A DNA stretch of 64,000 bases from Azolla caroliniana (taxonomy: Eukaryota; Plantae; Polypodiophyta): the NCBI GenBank assembly GCA_043228905.1, contig JBHGNT010000002.1, forward strand, positions 24,924,001-24,988,000, read 5' to 3'. Position numbers and translations under genes: made by a program. Under the pieces are notes generated by a model that saw nothing but the letters and a program-made list of their open reading frames with translations, was not told the origin of the DNA and made no database searches. Positions 38,401 to 51,000 of this stretch are shown here, in pieces (within the stretch, counting starts at the first letter, position 1; every line of letters starts with the position of its first letter).

Positions 38401-41120
38401 TGTTGAACTGGAATAGGCCTCTGCGTGTTCTAAAAGTTGTCTTATGTGCATCTCTTGGGTCCATTGGGATCTGCCAATATCCGGCCGCAAGATCAATAGA
38501 GGTGAAGTACTTGGAGCATCCCAATTGGTCCAAGAGGTCATCTATTCGCGACAGAGGGTAAAGGTCATGGATGGTAACTTGATTGAGCTTGCGAAAGTCA
38601 ACACAAAATCGGTATGTGCCATCATCCTTTTTGACCATGTGTGGCTCCGATACCCAATCACTATGTGAGGGTGAGATGATCCCCTTTTTAAGCATCTCAT
38701 TCACCGCTTGGTCAATGCGTGCATGATCTAAAGGAGAACGTCGTCTTGTTGCTGTCCGGATAGGTGTTGCGCTTCCTGTGTTGATGACATGTTGGGCCGA
38801 GAATGAGACTGTAGTGGGCTTGTCAGATGAGTTGATTAGCTCGGGGTATTGAGCTAAAATCTTGTGGACATCATTTAGGCGAACCTCCTTGCTTAATGCT
38901 ACCTGTGCATTGCTGATTTGTTGGTTGCATTTGCTTGTGAATAGGGGAACTGAACTTGCTTGTGGTAACGTGAGGCGACGCGTATGGAAATCGAGTTGGG
39001 CCTTGCTCTTGATGAACCAATCACATCCGAGTGTGAGTGGGAACAATTGATGTGGAAGTATGTAGAAGGTGTGCATGATTGTGGTGGAGCCTAGCTTGAG
39101 TGTGCAGGCGGTTGTGGTGTTGGACTTATATAGGCGTTGGTGATCGCCGAACAACACCTTGATTGGGGGGCTTTTGGAGGTTGAAAGTTTGAGGCGATCA
39201 ACCAGATCTTGGCTGATAGAAGATATGCTACTACCGGAATCGAAGAGAACTTCCTGCGGGCTATTGAGAACTGTGGCCATGGCCGTGCACACGGGAGAAC
39301 TTGAGGATGTGGATACTTGTATGTGCGGGGGTTGTGCTCCCTTCAACACCCCGTGACTTAGTTTTTCGACAAGTCGGCCCAATAACTGTTGTCAGCCAAC
39401 TATACTTGCACATTCTGCTTCTGTGTCTGGTTGTTCCATTTCCGACAGTGTTTCTTCATGTGCCCATAGTTGTTGCAAAAAAACTACTTAGGTCATCCTT
39501 GTGCATCACGTGTTGGCAGGTTCCTTCTTGCTTGTAGTTGAGCATTCTGGATATCGATTTCCATCGACATGGCGTTGCTGTTGTACTGCTTCTTGGAATT
39601 GACATTGGACGACCAACTCATTTGGAGTTCTGTTTGCGTTGCTGCTTCAATGCGTTGCGCAATGAGGATGGCTTCTTGAAATGTTTTGGGGCCTTGGTTG
39701 CGCACTCGACAATATATTTCTGGGCGTAGCTGTGGCCATAAGAAGAATAACTTCATCGATTCTAGCATTGTTGGATTTGCGCGAGTAAGTAATTGTTGTA
39801 ATCGGATTGTGAATTGTGTCACTGGCTCATGTTGTTGTTGTTTGATAGTCTCTAGTTGCTATAGAGCTATCTGAGTTGAGTCATGGTGAGCGAAATTCCC
39901 GATCATGAGGGATTTAAGTATTGACCAATTGTTCTTGGACTCCTCTGTTTGTTGTATGAACCATGTGGCCGCAATGCCCTCCAATAAGGTTCGCATCTCT
40001 AGTGCTTTCCGTGCTTCGGGCCACTGATGATAGCTTGCCACCATCTCAAAATGATCGAGCCAAGAAAGGATGTCCTCAGACGGCATACCTAAGAAGGATT
40101 TAGGTCGTACTCGTGGATATGGGCGATTAGTGTGCCTATCTGTCTGTGAAGAGAAAAAAGATAGCATGGCCTGATTACTCAAATTTGATTGTATTGCGAT
40201 GTTAGATACCGCTTGTATTAGTTGATCCATCTGAAAAGTTTGATGATTTTCTTGGTGTTGTTGTAGAAATTTAGGATTCATGTCGATGCATTCTGTTGCA
40301 CCGTTGTTCTGTATTGGAGATGCCATATGTATGTTGGTTTCGACTTGTTGTTGTTGCGTCTTGTTGTGTTGGGGTAGTGTTGCGGTTTCTTCTTCTTGAT
40401 GTGGTGGTGTCTAATCTGTTGGAGTAGCGTCTTGTTTTTGCTTCAATTTTTTCTTGATTTGGTGTGTTGATTGTTGCCTGTCATCTCCACCAATGTGTGT
40501 AAAATGCTTCAAAACTCTCCTCCTATTTCCATTCCATCTGAATGCCTTTATACAACTTGGTAATACATTCCAAGATCCATTCGGTTATCTTGGCACATTT
40601 CTAGTTACTTTCCTCTAACTAACCTTTTACTAACTATAGCATAACTAACTAACTCAAGGTTTAACTCCCCTAACCCTGGTTATAGCCACTTGGGTTAGGT
40701 GAGGGGTTTTAGCTTGTGGTTTTACCACGTGACCCCACAATATGTTGAGGAAGTGTCACCATATATGTCTATTAACTTAGTACAGAATGGGGTGGTTTGG
40801 GAGACAATTAGTTCAATAGTCTTATGGGCTTTGTGGACTAGTAGATGTTGAAGGCTATTTTAGGAAATTAAATGGAATGTTGTGGATGTAGTAAAGGAGA
40901 TTTGGCTAAACTTTGGTACATACACAAAAAGGAGAATACGATGCTATCAAGGGTGATTCAGATGTAGTCTTTAAAAAAGAAGAGGTTTTTGAGAAGACAT
41001 GGGAAAGGATGAATGTCTTCTTCATGGTTAATGGTTGTATATGTTGGAGGTATCAACCACCTCTCTGTGTATTTCCTCCACCGACATGACGCATGTGGCC
41101 ATGTACAACTATTCTTGGCA
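35440..41120 (+). mobile_element. Degenerate L1-like LINE 3' end, interrupted by the gypsy element
   Basis: WETISSIVLWALWTSRC (~40798) resembles the L1 ORF2 C-terminal W...LW.LW..R motif; zf-RVT-like remnant KFIWKR at ~35605; boundaries approximate. Confidence 0.45.
35761..40739 (-). mobile_element. Ty3/gypsy LTR retrotransposon, 4.98 kb, non-chromoviral, with disrupted ORFs
   Basis: 242-bp TG...CA LTRs at 35761-36002 and 40498-40739 (3 mismatches seen); TSD ATAT; PBS TGGTGGAGATG (40492-40482); PPT GAAGGGGGGAG; order gag, PR (DSGS), RT (YLDD), RH (ETDASN), INT (GLTEWMNK, GPF). Confidence 0.95.
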
Positions 41121-41511
41121 ATGCTTTGGGAGGTATGTACGTCTGTGGTAGCCTAAGAGTAGTTTGGAAAAAGGTAAAAATTTGTGCTGAAGTTGTTAAA
41201 ATATTTGAAAGTGTCCATGTATCATGTAAATTGCTTTGAAAGTGTCCCTCCATAAGTGGAGGTTGGTTTCAATTAGGACATAATGGGGGATATCTTACCC
41301 GCCACTAAATTGTATCATTATAGGCTTGTATTTGCTTATTGCATTGAATCACCTCACCTCAGTTTGCGACTTGCAATCCTCCTTCATCTCTTTGATGGCA
41401 TCTACCTTTATAGCCTACACAAGTGCCCTAACAAAAGAATATCTAATTGCCCAATAGACAACTTCCTACTTGAGAATGAGAAATGTGCATCATCTTATCT
41501 CTCCAAGACTT

Positions 41512-44500
41512 TGTTAGAGTCTAACCAATTAATTAAGCAAAACATGATACAACGTATGTGCAGAAGCGTAAGACAACAACTTGGTTGTGTAACAACAGAG
41601 AAAGAGAGAGAGAGAGAGAGAATAATACATAGAATACAAAGAGTACTCAGGAGAGATAGAGAGAGCAGAACAAGAATCTAAATTCAAAAATTATATCAAC
41701 ACTCTGTACATACAACGTGCTCAACAACACTATAAATACAAGTCCTCATGGGACTGACAGAAGTACAACGTACTTCAATGCTCAGACGAGCGTCTGACAC
41801 TAACTACGAGACAATAACTACCTAGTAATCTAAGTTATTACTAGGCTTCCGGTTACTGTTGGATTCGGCTAACGGGCTCCCCAGCTCACCGGCTCTTTCA
41901 TTCACCGGGTGCTCATCGGCTCAGGCTTATTCAGCCGGTCCGGCTCCAGTTGAGCTTGCCGCTCAACACTCCCCCTCAAGCTCAACTTGAGGTCTGGTCG
42001 TAGTGTCAACGTCTGTGGCAACCGGTCCTTCTACCTGGCTCCTTCAGGCGTTGCTCCGCCTCGCTCGCGCTCCTCGTTCGGTCTGGTTCTGTTTGCCGCA
42101 ACCCCTCTTGTTCTGTGCACCTCGACCTTCTCGATCGGCTCGTGTGCTCAATAGGCCCAATTCAACTCCCTCACTGTTGTGACTTCGGTGCTTGCCACTT
42201 CGCCGATTCCTTCGTGTTGGCGTCAATTTTCGCTGCCTTCTCGTCCTCTTGGCCTTGAAATGATCCGGTTCTTCCGAATCCGTCTGTTGAACTGAATTGG
42301 TTGTCTCCGATTCATTCCAACTCTTGTCCGAATCGGTCGCTCCCGATTCGTTTTCCGGTTCCAGGCCCTTCACCACATTGGACCATGTCCGGGTCTTGGC
42401 CTTCTCCTTCCGGTCAGCTCTGTCCTTCTTGACTCAGTTGCCGCAACCGCTTGGTCCGACTTGTTCGGATGTGTCAACTGCTTTTGTCGACTCCACTCCT
42501 TTCTTCTTCTCGTCTCCCCCTTTGTCGGTTCTTCCCTCACCGGCGCAATCAACAGTTTCCTTGCCTTTGCCCGTTCCAGTGTCTTTACCCGTTCTCCCCC
42601 TCAAGTGTGGCACGTCGAGATGCTGAACACCAAGCATTTTGGTAAAGTGTTGCAACTTGTCTGATCCTAACGGTTTGGTGAAGATGTCGGCAACTTGCCG
42701 ATCCGTCTAAACATACCGAAGCTCTACTTCACCGCTCAGGACACGCTCATGCACGAAGTGGTAGTGCACTTCTATGTGCTTTGTGCGAGCATGGAATACG
42801 GGGTTCTTGGCGAGCTGCAGGCTGCTCATATTGTCGTAGTAGATCAGGATCGGGGTCGGTACCTCGATCCGTAGGTCTTGCGGCAGTCGCCGAAGCCAAA
42901 TGGCTTCACAGGTGGCAACGGTAACGCCCCGATATTCAGCCTTAGTGCTCGACAGAGCCACTATTAGCTGCTTTTTGCTGCTCCACGCAACAGCCGCGCT
43001 ACCTAGGGAAAACATGTAACCGGAAGTTGATTGGCGATTTGATGCATCGCCGGCCCAGTCGGCATCTGTGTAACCGACTAGCTCTTCGGTTATACCTCGC
43101 CGGTATAACAGTTCTCGGTCCTTCGTGCCGCTCATATACCGCAGTATTCGGTGCGCGCACTAAAGATGCTCTACGGTCGGCTTCTGCATGAATTGGCTAA
43201 TCACAACGACCGAAAAGCTGATGTCGGGTCGGGTGATGGTCAAATATATAAGGCTTTCGACAATTTGTTGGAATTGTTTCTCATTGCAGGTTGGTCTGGA
43301 GTCGGGATGGAGCTTCTAGTTTCGGTCCAGGGGTATGGAGACCAGTCGGCATTTTGGCATGCCGAACTTGTACAACATATTCAACACATAGTGTCTTTGT
43401 GAGAGCAATATGCCGTCGGGGGTTCAGATCACCTCAATCCCAAAGAAATAGTGAAGGTCCCCCAGGTCCTTCATCTCAAATGCGTCCGACAACTGGGACT
43501 TGACTCGGATGATTTCATCGAGTCTGGGTCTGGTGATGACTAGATCATCAACATACAACAAGACGCAAACCGGACTGTTCGGACCTTGCCGGATGAACAG
43601 TGAAGAGTCAGATTTGGAGGCCACAAACCCCATCTTACGCAACCGATGCATGATCTTCGCATTCCAAGCTCGGGGGGCTTGCTTCAGGCCATAAAGTGAC
43701 TTCTTCAGCCGGCATACCGCCGAATTGTTCATCTCCGACTGGAAACCGGGGGGTTGTATCATGAAGACGTCTTCTTCAAGATCTCCTTGAAGAAATGCAT
43801 TCTTCACATCCATCTAGTGAAGATGCCACCCCTTGCCGCTGCAATCACCAGCACCACACGAACTGTCGTCATCTTCGCTACCGGAGCGAAGGTCTCGTCA
43901 TAGTCGATTCCGTGGGTTTGCGCGTATCCCTTTGCCACTAACCGGGCCTTGTACCGGTTAACTGAACCATTGGCGTTGTACTTTACCTTGTACACCCACT
44001 TACATCCGATTGGTTTACAACATCGGGGAGGGTCAACTAGGTCCCATGTGTCGTTGGCATCAAGTGCCCGCATTTCCTCCTCCATAGTGGCACACCAATT
44101 TGCGTCCTTTGCCGCTTCTGCGTAGCTCTCCGGCGCACGCACTTCCGCCACCTTGGTCATGTACGCATAGTGATGCGCCATGTACTCATTGTACTCGTAC
44201 CGCGTCACGGGGTTCTTCTGGCGGGAAGACTGGCGTAACTTCTTATTACCCGGTTTGGGCCCCTTCTTGGCCGGTGTGGTCCTCGTTGCCGAAGATCCGC
44301 CTTCTTTCATACCGAAGTCGGATTCGCTCTGACCCGACTCATCGTTGCCGGTTTTGTATTCCAGCATCTTCTTCTTCCCTTTCTCTTTGCGCGTGAACCG
44401 TCTCCTCGGTTCCTTGCGAGGGGAGAGCACGACAGAGTCTCCATTACTCACTGGTTCCTCATCTGACTGGTCGGATTGACCCAGTCTCTTGTTCGGCCCA

Positions 44501-47018
44501 CTCAACCGAAACGATTCCGGACTCTCTTCTTGAGTCCTGGATTCATCATCTTCTACTTGGGCCAGTTCACGCTCACTAGCCTCATCCTTCGGCATCGAGT
44601 CCGGGTCGGAAGTCGGAGTACCATGATGTTGTTTCATCAAACTCGACATCGCGGCTAACTCGGACCTACTTCGTCCGAGGGTTATAACACTTATACCCCT
44701 TTCGCTCATGTGAGTAGCCGACGAGGATGCACTTCTCCAATTTTGCATCCAACTTCCTCCGCTTCTCATCCAGCACATGCACATATGCAATACTATCGAA
44801 TATCCGAAGGTGTCGCAAATTCGGCTTGCGCCCGAAATATAGCTCATGCGCGGACACCTTGTCACCGATCCGGTTTTGAATGTAGACGACCGTCCGGACT
44901 GCCTCCGCCTAATAGAAATGGGGCATGCTCTTCTCTTCCAGCATTGCCCTTGCCGCGTCGACAATCAACCGGTTCTTCCTCTCGGCCACACCGTTTTGCT
45001 CCGGTGTGTATCTGTAGCTGAACTCTCTCCGAATTCCTTTTTGTTGCAGATAACTGTTGAATTGGTCAGAAAAATATTCTTTTCCGCCATCCAACCGTAG
45101 GCACTTGATCTTCCTCTTCGTTTCCCGTTCAACCAGACTTTGTAGGTTCCGGAAACACTCAAAGAATTCGGTCTTCCGCTCAATGAGGTAGATCCATGTG
45201 TGCCGGCTATAGTCGTCGATGAAGGAGACGAAGTATCGACTCTCGCCAAGACTCACGTTCTGTGCCGGTCCCCATACATCCGAATGAATAAGGTCGAGCT
45301 TGTTATGGCTACGGTTTCGTTCGGTGAGGAATGGAAGCCGGTGTTGCTTCCCGAGTTGGTAGGCTTCAGATATATGGGCCTTCCGGCCACTAAACTTCGG
45401 CAAACCGAAAACAACTTGTTTCGTTTGCAAGACTTGAAGCCGCCGGTAATTGACGTGACCGATCCGCTTGTGCTAGAGATCTATATCCTTTTCAATCTTC
45501 TGTCCTTTGGCAAACAACGCGGTGCCGACGTCATTGGTGTTGAGGATGAACATCTTCCCGTCTCTGCGCCCTTGCGCAATAACCTGGCCCTCATCCTTAA
45601 TGAAGCACCCAAGGTGCGTAAACTGCACCTGCATCCCCTAGTCAATGATTTGCCCAACTGACACCAGGTTCTTCGTGATAGTCGGGACGTGTAACACGTT
45701 TATCAGCTTCCCCCTCTGTCCGACGTGGCTCAAAGGGACTTCTCCGACATGCACAATTGGGTGAGGAGTGTCGTCTCTGGTTTCGACGACCCCTGGTTGT
45801 TCCGGTTTCTCCAAGAAGGAGAACCACTCTTTGTGGCTCGTCATGTGATTCGACGCACCGGAATCAACATACCATACTTCCTCCGATTTGGAAGTGGTCT
45901 TCATCACCAAGGTTGGCCCCTTACCGGTCTTCCCGGTTCCAGATCCTTTCGATCCTTGCGCGTAGTGCAAGTTTTGCCGGTTCTCCCGACCGGTTTTGCC
46001 GAATCCAGATCTGTCCGAATTGGCACGCTTCTTGCAACACTCGGTTTCTTTGTGGCCCTTTTTGCCACAGTACTAGCATTCCGTGGTGGATTTTTCTTGC
46101 CGGCCTCCGGCACAACCTTGACTCCCCCTGGTTGTGGAAGTCCCGTAACTATTGTCGGCACGTTCTCTGTGCCTTCTTTCCTGCTCTTGTCGGCCGCCTC
46201 CTGTGCGTGCCGACCCACCTCATCCCCCACGCCCATGGGGTCTATCCGCCTCTTTGTACAGCATCCGGCTGCCCGATTGAGTGGACTTGGACCCACTCGC
46301 GTGGTTTTCTTCGACCATAAGCATCGATTGCAAAGTCGAAGAAGGTTGGTGGTTTCTCCCGGTGTAGATCGCTGTCCGGATTGGCCCGTACCTTTGCGCT
46401 AGACCACCAAGGCATATTTGTACCATTTCGTCTTCATCCACCGTCACATTGATGGACTTGAGCGCATCGCAAATCTCCTTTATTTTGGTGGTGTAGTCCG
46501 TAACCAACATATCTCTTTGTCGGATGTTGTTCAGCTCTTGCCGGAGCTGCAACTTGCAGGCTATGGTACTTGCGGCGAAAATCTTACACAGATTTTACCA
46601 GGGCTCCTTCGGCGTCTTTACATCCCTGATGTAGCCGAGCATCTGGTCGTGCACATAAGATGCGAGGCAGTATAATACTTGGCTCGCTCCTTGCTCCCAT
46701 ACCGGGAAGTCCTTGTGTCCAGGCTCTGGTGCTACCTCATTCGTTCCTTCCACGAAACTTCAATACCCATGCCCTAGTAGGTCCTGGTGCATTTTGTATG
46801 ACTAGGACGCGTAGTTACTTCGGTCGAGCTTCTCTGTAGGAAGTGAACTCGCCATACCTCTGTCCATATTTTTTCTCTGTTTACTATTCTATTCTCACAA
46901 CCTGTAGGGTTTGTCTTGCGAAAACAAATGTCGGTCGCAGAGGTCTTCAACCCTCGCGCTTTGATACCATGATAGAACGTATGTGCGGAAGCGTAAGACA
47001 ACAACTTGGTTGTGTAGC

Positions 47019-47083
<65 letters not shown>

Positions 47084-47825
47084 ATACATAGAATACAGAG
47101 AGTACTCGGGAGAGACAGAGAGAGCAGAACAAGAATCTAAATTCAAAAATTATATCAACAATCTGTACATACAACGTGCTCAACATCACTATATATACAA
47201 GTCCTCATGGGACTGACAGAAGTACATCGTACTTCAATGCTCACACGAGCGTCTGACACTAACTACGAGACAATAACTACCTAGTAATCTAAGCTATTAC
47301 TAGGCTTTCGGTTACTGATGGATCCAGCTAACCGGCTCCCCAACTCACCGGCTCTTTCGCTTACTGGGCACTCACCGGCTCACTGATCCGTCTCGCTCAC
47401 TGGCTCAGGCTTATTCAGCCGATTTAGCTCCAGTTGAGCTTGCCGCTCAACAAAACATAAGGAATTATTGACCAAAGAAAGGAAAGAGGAGTAAACCACC
47501 CAATCACCCCCTAACAATGGCATGAGACTGTCCCGAACCTTCTTGATATCCCATACCGTCGAGGGTTGATCTGAGTTGTACCGTGGGTTCAATAAGGATC
47601 ACACATGCTTAGCTAACAAGAGCCATAGCCACACAATCATAGTCTCAACATAAGCCAAGCCTCCCTTGATAAGAATGTAACTAGCCTCCTTATATAGGCG
47701 GAAACCCTAGGCCCTAGTGTGTTCACGGTTGATTGCTTTATTTGAAGTGGTCAAGTGATAACATGCTTAATAATTATCCCACACCGTAGAATTGAATATT
47801 ACAATTTATGCCCTCCTTTCTTTCA
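41512..47825. mobile_element. Possible old solo LTR (~400 bp) split by copia-1, itself in a decayed gypsy RT fragment
   Basis: Begins TGTTAGAG at 41512 and ends CTTTCA at 47825; flanks gactt/gaatt (4/5 match); left flank encodes KVDAIKEMKE and right flank FLVYL on the - strand (gypsy RT-like). Confidence 0.3.
41545..47452 (-). mobile_element. Ty1/copia LTR retrotransposon (copia-1), full length but degenerate
   Basis: LTRs 41545-41968 and 46970-47452 (TG...CA); TSD AAACA; PBS TGGTATCAAAGC (tRNA-iMet type) adjacent to the 5' LTR; PPT; fragments of gag, PR (WYVDSGAS), INT (HSDVWGP, QNGVAER), RT (MDVKNAFL, YVDD), RH (YTDADWAG); many stops and frameshifts. Confidence 0.95.
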
Positions 47826-48092
47826 GAATTAACTCACATGTACTCATCATAAGTGAAGAGATAGGACTGTAAGTAGACGAGAAAGATGTGTTGAAATATT
47901 CACACGGTATACAGAAAATAGTAAAATACACATTACATAGTTTTTACGTTGAAACCGTAAACATGGGAAAACCACAGGAACGGATATTTCACTATAGGCA
48001 AAAATTAAAGGAGACGAAAAAGAAACAGGTTACAACTCTCTGTAACTCAGAGAATACCCCTTAGCGTTTAAGGCAAGTTCCATTGAACTATG

Positions 48093-51000
48093 TATTGAAA
48101 TTCCGTGCTCGGCCACAACCGAGGAACAGGATCGATTCACAGAAAACGGGAAATACAACAATGCACGAAAAACAATAGAGAGAAAGGTACACTGGATGTT
48201 TTACGTGGAAAACCCTAAATGGGAAAAACCACGGGAGTGCTCAAACTCCAACTATCACTATGAACAGGGATGTACACTGGTGAAGCTACAAGGCAACAAC
48301 CTTGAGCTCACTGTCTTCGCCACAGGCGGCGGCAATACACAGAGGCAACGACCTCTTCGTCTCTCTCTCTCTCTCTCTCTCGGCTGCTCTCACTTCGCAT
48401 GAAAATTAAGCAACAACCACATAAAACTGTTTGCCCTAAGTCATATTTATACATATATGACTTTCGGGATATTTACAAATATAGCCCTGCATCCGGATCT
48501 CTCTCCGGGTACATTCGTCATCCGGCTCCGTAGCCGGGGTCTTCATCATCCGGATCCGTATCCGGGTACTCTTCATCCGGCTTCATGCCGGGTACTCTTC
48601 ATCCGGCTCCGTAACCGCAACCGGGCTTGCCGTCATTCATCTCCGGACATCCCATCCGGAGGGACCGTAATCCCAACAAACTCCCCCTTCACTTCGGCAT
48701 GGGATGTCTCTCCAATCCGATCCTCTTCCGGCATGCTTCCAGCTTGTCGGGTGTGAGCACCTTGGTCAGCATATCCGACCCGTTCTCGTCAGTGTGGATC
48801 TTCGTCAGCACGAACTCCTCGTCTTCTATCCTCTCCCGGATCCAGTGGTATCTCCGCTGGATGTGTTTCGTCTGGGAATGGTAGGCCGCGTTCTTCGCAA
48901 GGTGGATGGCACTCTGACTGTCGCAGTAGAGTCGGTACTCCTCCTGTTGGATACCGAGCTCTCTAATGAAGTCCTTCATCCATATTATTTCCTTGCCGGC
49001 TTCAACAGCTGCCATGTACTCCGCCTCCGTGGTTGACAACGCAACCGTCTTCTGCAGCCTCGACTGCCACGAAACGGCTCCCCCTGCATAGGTCATCACA
49101 TACCCTGATGTGGACCGGCTGGTATCTGCATCAGCCGACATATCCGAATCGGTGAAGCCGTCGAGTTGGGGCTTACCGGAGCCGAATCGAAGGCACACGT
49201 TTGCCGTGCCCTTCAGGTATCGGAGTGTCCACTTGACCGCGTTCCAATGCTCTTTGCCAGGATTGCTCATGTACCGGCTCACCACTCCGACTGCATATCC
49301 TATGTCCGGTCTCGTACACACCATGGCGTACATCAAGCTCCCGACGGCTGAGGCATACGGCACTTTCATCATATCCTCCTTCTCAGCCTTTGTCTTGGGG
49401 CTCTGCTTGCTGGACAACTTGCAGTTTGCTGGGAGGGTTGACCCGACCGGTCTTGCTTCCGACATGTTGAACCGGTGAAGCACCTTCGTCACGTACTTCT
49501 CCTGTGACAGCCACAACTGCTTCTTCTTCCGGTCCCGGATGATGTGCATCCCTAGTATTTGCCTCGCCGGACCCAGGTCCTTCATTGAGAAGGTTTGGTG
49601 AAGAGCCTTCTTCAGCATCCGTATCTTGACCTGGTCCCGTCCGACGATCAACATGTCGTCCACGTACAGGAGGAGTATTAGAAAGTCTCCTCCTTCGAAC
49701 TTCTTCACAAACACGTAGTGGTCGGACTGCGTTTTGAGGTACCCTTCGTCGGTCATGAAGGAGTCGAACTTCCGGTACCATTGCCGGGGAGCCTGCTTCA
49801 ATCCGTAAAGGCTCTTCTTCAACCGGCATACCAGGTGCTCCTTCCCTTTCTTCTCGAATCCTTCCGGTTGCTGCATGTAGATCTCTTCATCGAGGTCACC
49901 GTGAAGGAATGTCGTCTTCACGTCCATCTGTTCTACCTCGAGGTCCATGCTTGCCGCTATGCTCAGCACCGTCCGGATAGAGGTCATCTTCACTACCGGG
50001 GCAAATATCTCGTCGAAGTCGACGCCCTTCTTCTGCTGGAACCCCTTCACCACGATCCTGGCTTTGTATCTCTGGGGGTTTCCGGCATCTCCCGGTTTCA
50101 GCTTGAACACCCACTTGTTTCGAAGTGCCCGCTTTCCTTTCGGCAACTCCACAAGTTCATATGTGTGGTTCTCATGCAGGGAATCCATCTCCTCCTGCAT
50201 GGCACTTAACCACCTGCGGCTCTGGGTGTCGTGCTTTGCTTCTTCAAAGCTCTCCGGCTCCCCCTCGTCGGTTAGCAGCACGTGCTCTGGTTCCGGAAAT
50301 CTCCGGGGGGCCCTTCTCTCTCTTAGAGGATATCTCCGTTCGGGAGCTTCGGTAACCGGTTCTTCCGATTCTTCTTCTTCATCCGAATCCATTTCGGGAT
50401 CGGGGCCGGTTCCGGTATCATTTTCATCTTCTTCGGCCGGTTCTGTTTCTTCACCGTCTTCGGCCGGGTCTTCGAGTGTTAACCGGTCCCTTGCCGGTCG
50501 GGACTGCTCCTCGTAGAGTTTATCCTCACCGGTCGACTTGGAGCTCTTCATCTTCTTCTCCGACTCCCAGTCGGCGAGCGTCTTGTCCTCCATGAAGATG
50601 ATATCTCGACTCCTGAATATCTTCTTGTCGACCGGGTCCCATACTCGGTAGCCGAACTCGTCGTCGCCGTAACCGAGGAATATGCATGGCCGGGTCTTTG
50701 GATCTAACTTTCCTCTCCGGTCCTTTGCCACATGCACGTATGTGAGACACCCGAACACCTTCAGATGCCGGTAGGACACTTCCTTACCGGTCCACACTTT
50801 CTGCGGCGTGTCTCCGTCCAAAGGTACTAAGGGTGATCTATTTATCACATACGTCGCCGTCGACATTGCCTCAGCCCAAAATCCCTTGGGTAGTTTCGCA
50901 TGCGCTAGCATACTCCGGACCCTCTCCATTATGGTCCGGTTCATCCTCTCGGCCAGCCCGTTCAGTTCCGGCGTCTTCGGCACAGTAAACTCGAGCCGGA

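Noticed and set aside
40482-40492. tRNA/tmRNA gene fragment
   Set aside because: Only an 11-nt match next to an LTR, i.e. a primer-binding site and not an RNA gene
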